From an uncultured delta proteobacterium (GTDB lineage: Bacteria > Myxococcota_A > Polyangia > Polyangiales > JAFGIB01): a DNA stretch of 64,000 nucleotides. Of the stretch, positions 41,222-51,117 are shown one piece after another (the stretch's first letter is position 1; each line of letters begins with the position of its first letter). The position numbers and the translations under genes are program-made. The notes under the pieces were generated by a model that saw only the letters and a program-made list of their open reading frames with translations, did no database searches and was not told the DNA's origin. The stretch is taken from the NCBI GenBank assembly GCA_963778655.1, contig CAVZVA010000003.1, positions 416,001 to 480,000 on the forward strand, given 5' to 3'.

Positions 41222-44083
41222 TGCCGAGCTCGCAGTCACCGAACCACGCGGACCAGGCCCGCGAGCGCTGGCTCGTTCGCTCCCGCGCCGCATACGACGA
41301 CAACGGCTACCAGTTTCGCGACCGGCGCCTGAGCCTCGCGGACTCGCCCTGGGTGCGCTCCTTTGCCTGCGACGACATGCGCGTGCTGATCGTGTGCCGC
41401 GGGCCGATCCGCAAGGAGGCGATCGACGTGTTTCGCGAGATGGGCATGACCCACGTCGGCATGCTGCTCTCGGAGAAGGACAGCATCGTGTATCCGCGCG
41501 CGCTCGCGCCCGAGGTGCGGATCATGGATCCGGACCACGTGCACGCCGTGCCGGACTACAGCGGCGCCACCCGCGAAGAGCGCCAGACGCGGGTGCAGCA
41601 GATCATCCAGATCTGCCGCGACCACGGCTACCAGTACGTATTCGCGGGCTACGGCTTCATGGCCGAGGACGCGGAGCTCGTGCGCGCGCTCGAGCAGGCG
41701 GACCTCCGATTCATCGGTCCCTGCTCCTATACCCAGACCGCGGCCGGGGCCAAGGACGAGGCCAAGCGCACCGCGATCGAGAACGACGTGTCGGTCACGC
41801 CCGGCATCAACGACGCCACGGTGCGGACGCTGCTGCGCAAGCACCCGCAGCGCCAGGCCCTGGTGAAGCTGGCGCGCGAGCTCGAGCTCGACGTGCCGCG
41901 GGCAGGCGACGCCACGCTCTCGCTGCCGGCGCTGGCCGAGCAGCTGCTGGAAGCTTCGTACAAGAAGCAGGTGGACCTGTTCTCGATCGAGGAGCTGGCG
42001 GGAGACGCTGCGGATCGAGGCCGAGCGCCTGCTGCAGGAACAGCCGGGCCGGCGCTTCCGGCTCAAGGCGATCGGCGGCGGCGGCGGCAAGGGCCAGCGC
42101 ATCTTCGGCGATCCGGCTCTGGCACCGGGGCTGGTGCGCGAGGTGCTCGCCGAGGTCAAGGCGACCGGCCGTCGGCGACAACAAGAACATGCTGATCGAG
42201 CTCAACATCGAGCAGACGCGCCACAACGAGATCCAGATTCTGGGCAACGGCGCAGTGGTGCGTGGCGCTGGGAGGGCGCGACTGCTCGCTGCAGATGCAC
42301 GAGCAGAAGCTGGTCGAGGTCTCGGTGACCCAGGAGGGCCTGCGCCAGGCGCATCGAGCAGGTGCGCGGCGACGGGCACAAGGCCAAGGCCGAGGCGCTG
42401 CAGGCCGACCTCGGCGTGCTCGAGCGCATGGAGGCCGAGGCCGAGCGCTTCGGCGCGGCCGTACGGCTCGACTCGGCGTCCACCTTCGAGTGCATCGTGG
42501 ACGGCGACGCGCCACTACTTCATGGAGGTCAACACCCGCATCCAGGTCGAGCACCGCGTCTCGGAGCTGTGCTACGCGCTGCGCTTCGACCAACCCCGAC
42601 GACGCGAGCGACGTCTTCGAGGTCGAGCTCGCTGGTCGAGGCGATGGCGCTGATCGCCAGGCACAAGGAGCGACTGCCCAGGCCGCGCGCGCGTGCGTGC
42701 GCGAGGGCGCGGCGATCGAGGCGCGCCTGAACGCCACCGACCGCGCGCTCAATCCGGCCGCCGGCAGGCGGTCGATCCTGTCGTGGTCCGATCCGGTTGC
42801 GGCCGAGATCCGTGACGACCAGGGTATCTGCATCAAGAACCCCGACACCGGGCTGTTCATGCGCTACCGCCTGGCCGGCGCCTACGATTCCAACATCGCG
42901 CTGCTGCTGACCACGGGCCAAGATCGCGTCGAGAGCTGGCAGCGCCTGGTCGAGGTGTTTCGCCGCGCCACCATCCGCGGGCACGATCTCGCGCACCAAT
43001 CTCGACTTCCACTACGGGCTGCTGACCTGGTTTCGCGAGCGCGCGACCCCTGGGCCAAGCCGACCACCAAGCTGGTCGTGCCCTACCTGACGCTGGTCGG
43101 CGAGCTGGCGCAGGAGGCGCGCGCGATCGACCTGGAGCACGCCCTCGGCGAGCTGCTGCGGCGCGCCGCGGCGCTGGGCCCGGGCGCGGCCGAGGCCACC
43201 CGCAAGGTGCTCGAGCTCAAGGAGACGCTGGTCGCGCGCCCGCTGCGCATGCTGTTCGACGAGCCGCACTTCCTGTCGGCCTGGCTGTCGGAGCACCGCG
43301 GCGACTTCGAGCTGCGCGCGGGCCGCGTGGCCTGGCTACGCAACCCGGTCGAGGTGTTGGCCGAAACCTACCGGCTGCTGAACATGGACGTCCGCCACGC
43401 CGCGGCGGCGCACTGCATCTGGGATCACGATCAGGAGCTGATCGACAGCGCGCGCGCGTTCTACGCGCCGCTCGCCGCGGGCCTGCCGAAGACACCGGGC
43501 TGGCCGGAGCTCGATGCGATGCTACGCGGCCCCACGCCCGCCTGCGGGCTGGACGCACAGACCTGGGAGCGCGTGCGCTCCGCCCACGCCGGCCACCAGC
43601 TCGGGCTCGAGCTGCTGGCGCTGCTGGCGATGATCGCGGACAAGACCGGCTTTTACGATCTCGCGCTCAATCCGGACCTGACGATCGAGATTCCGGCGCG
43701 CCTGCTCGAACCCGCGCATCAGGACGCGATGCGCAAGGCGCTGGTGCCGCCGGTTGCCACCAAGGAGGGCGAGATCGTGGCGGCGATGGGCGGGACGTTC
43801 TACACCCAGGAGGCCCCGCACCTGCCGGCCTTCGTGACGCCGGGCATGCACTTCGACAAGGGCGATCCGCTGTACGTCATCGAGGTCATGAAGATGTTCA
43901 ACAAGGTCTATGCGTCGTTCTCGGGCACGGTGAGCGAGGTGCTGGACCCACACCGGAACCGTGGTGCGCAAGGGCCAGCCTCTGTTCAAGGTCGAGCCCG
44001 ACGAGCTGTTGGTCGAGGAGGACGCCGGCGAGCAGGCCAAGCGCCTGCGCGCAAGCACCGAGGACTACCTGTCGCGGCTGTGA
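41221..44083 (+). pseudogene. Biotin carboxylase/BCCP fusion with many frameshifts (possible sequence error)
   Basis: AGYGFMAE, KAIGGGGGKG, RDCSLQ, FMEVNTRIQVEH, YDS and EVMKM are spread over different frames. Confidence 0.8.
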
Positions 44084-44129
44084 GCACGCCCGCGCCCGCC
44101 GTGCGCGCGAGCCAGCGGGCGCGCACGCC

Positions 44130-44579
44130 TCAGTCGGTGGGCTCGGCGGTCGCGCCCGCGTTTGCCTCGAGCGCCTTGCGCGCCATGGCGGCGCCCACGG
44201 TCGCGCCCACGCCGCCCAGCACGGTGGCGTACACGAACACACCGCCCAGGATCACGCCGAGCATGTCGGAGGAGGGAAACCAGTCCGGCGGCTTGCTGTC
44301 GAAGTGCAGCACCGCCAGTGCCGCGCCGCCGACGATCGCGGCGAGGCCGATGCCGATCGTGCCCGCGATGATCATGCGCCCGCGGCCGCCCGGCTTGACC
44401 TGCTTGGCGGCGACGAAGCCGCCGATGAAGGACCCGAGAGGGCCGGTGAGGATGTGAACCAGCGGCGGCAGTAGACACGCGAGCGCGACCCCGACGCCGA
44501 TTGCGCCGCCGAGCAGCTCGCCTGCCACGGTGGATTCCTGGGTGTGTGCTACGGCTGCATCTACTACGACTGCTTCCAT
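44130..44579 (-). CDS. Small membrane protein
   Basis: About four hydrophobic segments; PPLVHILTGPLG. Confidence 0.65.
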   Translation of the reverse strand: MEAVVVDAAVAHTQESTVAGELLGGAIGVGVALACLLPPLVHILTGPLGSFIGGFVAAKQVKPGGRGRMIIAGTIGIGLAAIVGGAALAVLHFDSKPPDWFPSSDMLGVILGGVFVYATVLGGVGATVGAAMARKALEANAGATAEPTD

Positions 44580-44810
44580 CTCGGTGCTCCAGCCTGGGCG
44601 AGCTGCCTGCGCGGTTGCTGCGACGCGGGTGCGGCGCGGGCGCGGGCGCGAAAGGTGCGGCGCAGAGCGCCAGCAGGGCGCAGCCTAGCACGTGTTCGCG
44701 GGTGCGCCGCTGCGGGCGCGCCGCTTTTTCGCGGCCCGGGGCCCGCGCGCGGGCGAAGCGGGGCCGGGGCCTGGGGCCCCGTCGACACGGCCGTGGTACC
44801 CTGCCCCCCC

Positions 44811-46673
44811 ATGCGACCAGGGGCAGCAAGGCGGGCTGCGCTCTGGCTCGTGCTCGCGGCCGGGCTCGCCGCCTGCTCGGGACCGCACGCGAGCGGCACG
44901 CACGCGCCGGAAATCGACGGCGGCGCGCGCGGCGGGGACGGCGGAGGCCCGGCCGGGGGCGGCGGAACGAGCGCGGGCGCGGCCAAGGATGCCGGGCCGG
45001 CAGGCGCGGGGCGCGATGCCGCAAGCGCGCCGGGGGGCGGCTCGGACGCGGGCGCGGCGGGCGGAGCGGTGGCGGACGGCGCGGTCGATGGTGGCGCGCG
45101 CGACGGCGGCGCGCCGGCGCCGCGCGAGAATCCGTGGTGCGTGGCGCCCTCGGCCTCTTCCTCGCGGGCGATCGCGTCGTGGGCGCCCGAGATCGCGGCC
45201 GCGGGCGTGGGCTGGGTGCGCGCGTTCGACCAGAGCCAGAGCCAGATGGCGCTGACGGCGACCGCGGACAATGGGCTCGAGCTCTCCGGCATCTTCATCT
45301 TCAGCGACCCGGGGCCGAATCAGACCTTCCCGGTCAACAGCCTGCCGGCGTTCGCGGATTACGTGACCCAGGCGATCTCCGATACCAGCGGCAAGGTGCT
45401 GAGCTGGGAGGTGTGGAACGAGCCGCCCAACTTCAGCGAGAACAAGTCGCCCGACGCGTATGCGCAGGTGGTGGTCGCGGCTCATGACGCGGCGAAGGCC
45501 GAGGACGCGCGCGTGCAAGTCGGGCTCGCCGCGCAGAGCAACTTCGTCAATTTCCTCGCACAGGCGATCGGCAGCGGCGCCGCCGATCACTTCGACTACG
45601 TGACGGTGCACCCGTACGAGATCCTCGGGCTGCTCGACCAGGGCTTCGAGGGTGAGTACATGAGCATCGTCCCGACGCTGCGCAAGATGCTGGCGGACAA
45701 GGATCCGGCGCGGGGCGGCGCGCCGGTCTGGTTCACCGAGCTCGGCGAGCCGGTCAGCGGCGCGACGAGCGAGACGCACCAGGCCGACACACTGGTCAAG
45801 GCGTATGTGATGGGCATCGCGCAGGGCGCCACGCGCGTGTGCTGGTTCGAGCCGCTGGACGGCGACTCGGGGCCGTTCGGGTTGATCGCGGGCGGCGGCG
45901 CGAGCGGCGCGAAGCGCCCTGCGTACACGGCGCTGGCGACCTTGGTCACGCAGATCGGCGCCCACCCGCGTTACGTGGGTTGGACGCTGCTGCAGGGCAG
46001 CAGCTATGCGTTCGTGTTCGACGGCCCGGCCGGCACGGTGATGGTGGCCTGGACGCCGCCGGGCCAGACCCAGAGCGTGCCGCTCGGCACCGGCGTCACC
46101 GTGGTTACGCTCGGCACCGGCGCGAGCGCCGGCGCCACCTCGGTCGACCTCAGCAGCTCGCCGGTGCTGATCGCGGGTGTGCCGGCGGCGCTGCGCGCGC
46201 AGGCGCAGGGCAACCTGGGCACGCCGTTTCCGTGGGGCGGCGACTATAGCGCCGCCAGCTCGGTGTCGTTCACCGCACCCGACCTGCAGGACGGGCTGCA
46301 CCCACTGGGCCAGGCGTCCACGCTGACGATCGACGGCAGCATGGCGCGCGATCAGAGCAGCTCGCCCGGGCAGAGCTTCACCGTGGACCCAAACTTTCTC
46401 TCGTACACCACCGCGTCGCTGCGCATCACCGCGGTGGTGCGGCGCAACGGCAGCGACAACGCCGGCTTCAACCTCAAGTACGAATCCACTTCGGGCTGGA
46501 AAGGCACCGGCAGCTGGTACTCGGTGCCGGGCAGCGACCAGTGGTACACGCAGAGCTGGACCCTCGACGATCCGCAATTCGTGGGCAAGTGGGGCTACAA
46601 CTTCTCGTTCGACTCCGACTCGACCAGCAACAGCAAGTACAGCATCAAGAGCGTGACGGTCACCAAGCTGTGA
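44811..46673 (+). CDS. Clan GH-A glycoside hydrolase lipoprotein
   Basis: LAAC lipobox; WEVWNEP; VHPY; VWFTELG; KRPAY. Confidence 0.8.
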   Translation: MRPGAARRAALWLVLAAGLAACSGPHASGTHAPEIDGGARGGDGGGPAGGGGTSAGAAKDAGPAGAGRDAASAPGGGSDAGAAGGAVADGAVDGGARDGGAPAPRENPWCVAPSASSSRAIASWAPEIAAAGVGWVRAFDQSQSQMALTATADNGLELSGIFIFSDPGPNQTFPVNSLPAFADYVTQAISDTSGKVLSWEVWNEPPNFSENKSPDAYAQVVVAAHDAAKAEDARVQVGLAAQSNFVNFLAQAIGSGAADHFDYVTVHPYEILGLLDQGFEGEYMSIVPTLRKMLADKDPARGGAPVWFTELGEPVSGATSETHQADTLVKAYVMGIAQGATRVCWFEPLDGDSGPFGLIAGGGASGAKRPAYTALATLVTQIGAHPRYVGWTLLQGSSYAFVFDGPAGTVMVAWTPPGQTQSVPLGTGVTVVTLGTGASAGATSVDLSSSPVLIAGVPAALRAQAQGNLGTPFPWGGDYSAASSVSFTAPDLQDGLHPLGQASTLTIDGSMARDQSSSPGQSFTVDPNFLSYTTASLRITAVVRRNGSDNAGFNLKYESTSGWKGTGSWYSVPGSDQWYTQSWTLDDPQFVGKWGYNFSFDSDSTSNSKYSIKSVTVTKL

Positions 46674-46805
46674 AGAGAAAGGCGGGGACGGCGGGCGCGC
46701 GCCCGAGCCGGGCTGCGCGTGACCCGCTCGGGTGGCGGGCCCGCACTACGTCGGACAGCGAGGCCGCGGCAGCGCTGGTGCCGCGCGGTGCTCGGCCAGG
46801 CCCGC

Positions 46806-48437
46806 ATGCGCAGCTCCGCTCGATCGCCCGGCCCCGCGCTCAGCCGCCGCCTCAGCCGGCGGCATTGGGCGGCGCTTGCGGGTGCGAGCTGGCTCGCGTG
46901 CGCGCTCGGCGCGTGCCCGCAGCTGTGTGCGGCCCAGGTGATCGAGCCCAACGGGGTGAAGGTGCCGGCGCCGTCGAGCGGCGGCGCCTCCGAGACGACG
47001 CTGCAAGCGTACTTCGATGCGCTGAGCCCGCCCGAGCCGATCGACGCGGTCGCCGATGCAAGCCCCGAGCCCGCGACCTTCTCGCCGCTGTGCGACTTCG
47101 AGGCCGCCCTGGTGTTGAGCCAGTCGTCTGCGGCGGCGGGGCTCGCGTGGTACAACGTGCCGGCCGATCCGAGCGCGGCACCCGACGCGATCTATCCGAT
47201 CGTGGCCGAGACCACGATGACGGGCGCGACGCTCTCGAGCAGCGCGATCCGCGACGATCCGAGCTACGCGGGCGGCTTGGTCGGCTTTGTGCTGACCAAG
47301 CTCGGCGGCCAGCCGATCTACTACTCCGAGTACCGCCGCAACGCGCTGTGCAGCGCCTGCAGCATGCCCGGTCACTGGAAGATGATGCTGGCGTATGCCT
47401 CGCGACTGCAGCCGAACACCTATTACCTCGCGTTCGAGGACTGGGAAGGCGCGAACGAGAACGGCTGGCCCGACGACGGCGACTTCAACGACAAGGTGTT
47501 CGAGCTGCAGGGCGTGCGCTGCGCCGGCGGCGGCGAGCCCTGCGACACCGGGATGCTGGGCGTATGCGCGCGCGGGCTTACGGGCTGCGCCAACGGCGGC
47601 ACGCCCGCGTGCAACCCGCACGTAGGCGCCATGCCCGAGAGCTGCGACGGCGCCGACAACGATTGCGACGGCATGATCGACGAGGGTCAGCTGTGCGAGC
47701 TGAGCGAGATCTGCGAGCGCGGCAATTGCCTGCCCGCGTGCTACGGCGGCGAGTTCAATTGCCTGGCCGGAGCCACCTGCGTCGAGGGCCACTGCGTCGA
47801 GGACGCCTGCGCCGACGTGAGCTGCGAGCCCGGCCTGGTGTGCCGCGCGGGCGCTTGCGTGTCGCCGTGCGACGGCGTGGTCTGTCCGCTGGGGCAGGCG
47901 TGCAGCGGCGGGGTGTGCCGCGACCCGTGCGAGGGCGTGCAGTGCGACCAGGGCTTGGTTTGCGTGAGCGGCGTGTGCGTGGAGTCGTGCGCCTGCGCCG
48001 CGTGCCCGAGCGGGCTGAGCTGCAATGCGAGCAGCGGCCAGTGCATGGCGCCCAACTGCGCGGGCGTGAGCTGCGAGCCGGGCAGCGTGTGCAACGACGG
48101 CATGTGTCAGGACCCGTGCGAGGGCGTGAAGTGCCCGGGCGGCGAGCGCTGCGCGAGCGGCCGCTGCGGAGAACCGGCCACGGCAGGCGGCGGCGGAGCC
48201 AAGGCTGCGGGCGCGGGCGGCGTGGGCACGAGCGCGACCGCGGGCGCCGCGGCCGGTGGCACGAACGGCGGCCAGGCTGGCACGCAGGACATGCGCGCGG
48301 CTGGAGACGGCGCGAGCGCGGGCTGCGGCTGCGAGCTCGCACGCTCGCGTGCGGCCGCGGCACCCGGAGCGCTGGCAGCCTATCTGCTGCTCGCGGCATG
48401 GGCGTGGCACGCGCGGCGACGGCGGGGCGTGCGATAG
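46806..48437 (+). CDS. DUF4114-like plus Cys-rich repeat surface protein with MYXO-CTERM-like tail
   Basis: AFEDW..DGDFNDKVF; DPCEGVxC repeats; GCGC..hydrophobic..RRRR. Confidence 0.75.
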   Translation: MRSSARSPGPALSRRLSRRHWAALAGASWLACALGACPQLCAAQVIEPNGVKVPAPSSGGASETTLQAYFDALSPPEPIDAVADASPEPATFSPLCDFEAALVLSQSSAAAGLAWYNVPADPSAAPDAIYPIVAETTMTGATLSSSAIRDDPSYAGGLVGFVLTKLGGQPIYYSEYRRNALCSACSMPGHWKMMLAYASRLQPNTYYLAFEDWEGANENGWPDDGDFNDKVFELQGVRCAGGGEPCDTGMLGVCARGLTGCANGGTPACNPHVGAMPESCDGADNDCDGMIDEGQLCELSEICERGNCLPACYGGEFNCLAGATCVEGHCVEDACADVSCEPGLVCRAGACVSPCDGVVCPLGQACSGGVCRDPCEGVQCDQGLVCVSGVCVESCACAACPSGLSCNASSGQCMAPNCAGVSCEPGSVCNDGMCQDPCEGVKCPGGERCASGRCGEPATAGGGGAKAAGAGGVGTSATAGAAAGGTNGGQAGTQDMRAAGDGASAGCGCELARSRAAAAPGALAAYLLLAAWAWHARRRRGVR

Positions 48438-48870
48438 CACGTCGGCCAGCGCAGTGGTGTGCACGACCAGCGGTGCGCCGCCTGCGACCAGCTGCATCAC
48501 GTAGATCAGCGCCTCGCCCTCCGGCCGCAGGATGGGTTCGAGCTTCGCGAGCAGCACGTCGACCAGCGCATTGCCCTCGGGGCCGGCGGCCGAGCTGAGC
48601 GTGCCGTCGATCCCAGGCGGCGCGGGCACGAAGGGCGGGTTCGCGAGCACGCGGTCCTAGAGCACCGAACATATTGAAACACGCACGATTTCGGGGCCCG
48701 CGCGGGCGCATGGCACGCGCGCTCCCCGCTCGACGTAGGATGGACTACGCCTTCGGGCTCCCGCCCGCACCCTGCATCCCGCCATGACCCCGACTTCGCA
48801 CACGCTTCAATATGTTCGGTGCTCTAGGGCTGCTCGGGCTCGAAGCGCTCGATCGGCGGCGCCGCCGGTC
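48430..48870 (-). pseudogene. SAM methyltransferase fragment interrupted by a MITE
   Basis: IERFEPEQP | DRVLANPPFVP..GPEGNALVD..LRPEG joins in frame across the insertion. Confidence 0.6.
48657..48827. mobile_element. MITE-like element 1
   Basis: CTAGAGCACCGAACATATTGAA.. / ..TTCAATATGTTCGGTGCTCTAG terminal inverted repeats, imperfect out to ~40 bp. Confidence 0.8.
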
Positions 48871-48919
48871 GAGGCGAGGGGCGCGCGCGGCGGCGCGGCC
48901 CAGCGGGCCCGTGGTATAA

Positions 48920-50092
48920 GTGGTGTTGACGGGGTTGCTGCTCGCGTCGGGCCTGTTGCACGTCGTTGTGATCGGCTCGCTGCCGCGGCAGCGCCCCGGG
49001 GCGGGCGCCGCGGCGGCGCCGCAGTGGATCACGCTGGCGATCGAGTCGCAACCGTCGCCCGCGGCTCGCGCCACCCCTGAGACCGCCGCGCGCGCGCCGG
49101 CGCGCCGGCCCGACCAAGACGCCGCACGGGCGTCCGGCGTGCGGGCCCCAGCGGCCCCGCCCTCGCGCGAGCTTTCGCCGCCGCTCGCCGTGCCGCCGGC
49201 TGTCGCCACCGCGCCGGCGCCGCTCGCCGTGCCGCGCGCTGTCGCCGCCGCGCCGCCGCCCGCCAGCTCGCCCGCACGCGTGGACCTCGCGCCGCGCAGC
49301 GCCGCGCTGTCCGCCGAGCCCGTCGCGGCGGCCGCTGCGACGCCCGCCACGCCCGAGGCGCTGGCCGCGCGCCGCGGGGCGCAGCTGTCGGCGGAGCTGC
49401 GCGCGGTCGCGAATGCCAACCCCAACCGCCAGCGCCGCGCGCCGCAGCTCGAGCGCGACACAGACGGCACCTGTCACTACAACGGCGACGCCATCGACGC
49501 GACCATCCTGCCCGATGGCGGCGTGCGCTTCGAGGACAGGGCGCCGGAGGTAGCCGCGGTTTCGGTCGAGCCGCTGCAGCGCGGCCAGCTGCTGCCCCGC
49601 GGCGGGGTCGCGGAGCCGCCCGCGCGACCGGTGACACCGGAAGAACAGGTGGTCCCACAGCAGCTGGAGCTCAGGGTCCGCGCGCGGCCCCGCGCCTGGC
49701 AAGCGGAACGCGCGTGGTTCCTGCGCCAGACGCAGGCGCTGCGCCAGCAGCTCGCGGACTCCGCGCACGAGCGCGAGCTCGCCCAGGACGAGCACGCGCT
49801 GCGCAAGCGCCTCGATCGCATCTGGTGCGACGCGGCCAAGGCTCCGGCGACGCGGCGGCGCGCGTTGTTCGAGCTGTGGGATAGCACCAGCGACGACGAC
49901 GAGATCGGCGCCCGCGGCCGGCGCGTGATCCTCGCCTACATCCGCGAGAACCTGCCACGCCGCAGCGGTTTTGCCTATGCCGGCGCCGAGCTGGTCGCGC
50001 TCAACTCCGCACGCCGCCAGCGCGACGCGTTCGACCCCTACGGCGCGCCCGTGCCCGGCAACGCTGCACTGTCCGACGGCGGAGGACGCTGA
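48920..50092 (+). CDS. Hypothetical membrane-anchored Pro/Ala-rich protein
   Basis: N-terminal ASGLLH TM helix; low-complexity linker; RRRALFELWD. Confidence 0.6.
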   Translation: MVLTGLLLASGLLHVVVIGSLPRQRPGAGAAAAPQWITLAIESQPSPAARATPETAARAPARRPDQDAARASGVRAPAAPPSRELSPPLAVPPAVATAPAPLAVPRAVAAAPPPASSPARVDLAPRSAALSAEPVAAAAATPATPEALAARRGAQLSAELRAVANANPNRQRRAPQLERDTDGTCHYNGDAIDATILPDGGVRFEDRAPEVAAVSVEPLQRGQLLPRGGVAEPPARPVTPEEQVVPQQLELRVRARPRAWQAERAWFLRQTQALRQQLADSAHERELAQDEHALRKRLDRIWCDAAKAPATRRRALFELWDSTSDDDEIGARGRRVILAYIRENLPRRSGFAYAGAELVALNSARRQRDAFDPYGAPVPGNAALSDGGGR

Positions 50093-50382
50093 GAGGCTAC
50101 AGAGCGGGCTGGGCGAGGCAGCTCGCGATACCCACCCTGCTGTTCCCAGTAGCCGTCCTGGCACGCCATCGAGGGGCCGAGCGAAATCTCCGGTGTGCAG
50201 GGGGAGCCGTACCCGCACGTCTCGCCCTCTGCCGTGCAGCCGCCCCCCGGCCAAGGGCCGCTGCATTGGGCAGGCCGGCGCGCCTTGCGGTGAGTGGAAG
50301 ACGTTCGCGCGACGACTGCACATCCAGGTCAACACCGCGACCGTCCGCGCGCACCGGCGTGCGCGAGCAGGTTGAACACGGG

Positions 50383-50434
50383 CGTGAACCGTGCACCGGC
50401 CGTGAACCGTGCACCGGCTGAACCGTGCACCGGC
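50383..50434. repeat. Intergenic 18-bp tandem repeat, ~3 copies
   Basis: CGTGAACCGTGCACCGGC twice plus TGAACCGTGCACCGGC. Confidence 0.85.
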
Positions 50435-50509
50435 CAGCGCGTCTTCAGGTCGACCGTGCGCCTGAAATGCCTGGCGGAGCGACGCCATGGCTAGTCAGCA
50501 CCAACTGGA

Positions 50510-50956
50510 TCACGGCGCGCGTTCGCGCTCGGGCGGCGTGTGCTCGTGGCGCATGATCGCCTCCGAGAGCGGCGCCGGGATCGCGGTAGGCCGGTGCGGC
50601 TCGCCTGCGACCGTCACGTAGACGATTTCGCCGGTGACCAGCGTCTGCGCCTGGCGCACGATCTCGAGCAGCATGCGCAGGCTGGTGCGCCCGATGCGGC
50701 CGCAACGCACGCCGACCGTCAGCAGCTCGTCGAAGCGCGCCGGCGCCTTGTACTCGAGCGTGGCCTTGACCACGACGGTGTCCACGCCGAGCGCGAGCAG
50801 GCCGGCCGGGTAGGCGAAGCCTATCTCGCGCCAGTACTCGGTGATCGCGACATCGGCGTACATCAGGTAGTTGGGATTGAACACAATCCCCTGCGGATCG
50901 ACTTCTGCCCAGCGAACGCGCAGCGGGTGCTGCAATCGAAAGTCGGCCAGGGCCAT
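50510..50956 (-). CDS. Acyl-CoA thioesterase (YbgC/4HBT)
   Basis: RVRWAEVDPQGIVFNPNY; YKAPARFDE. Confidence 0.9.
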   Translation of the reverse strand: MALADFRLQHPLRVRWAEVDPQGIVFNPNYLMYADVAITEYWREIGFAYPAGLLALGVDTVVVKATLEYKAPARFDELLTVGVRCGRIGRTSLRMLLEIVRQAQTLVTGEIVYVTVAGEPHRPTAIPAPLSEAIMRHEHTPPERERAP

Positions 50957-51117
50957 GGCCGGCAGTGTGGAGCAACGCGCCGGCCGGGACCAGCGAGATC
51001 AGGGCTGGCGCACTCGATCAGAGCTCGCGATTCGGGCCGATCGGCATCGCCGTTCCCGAATCGTGATCGGTCATTCGGCCTCGGAGGCGCTTCCGCCAGG
51101 CCGGGTACCCGCGAGCG

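Noticed and set aside
50383..50434. Possible CRISPR array (also 54494-54590 and 30942-31049)
   Set aside because: Units are adjacent with no unique spacers and there are no cas genes.
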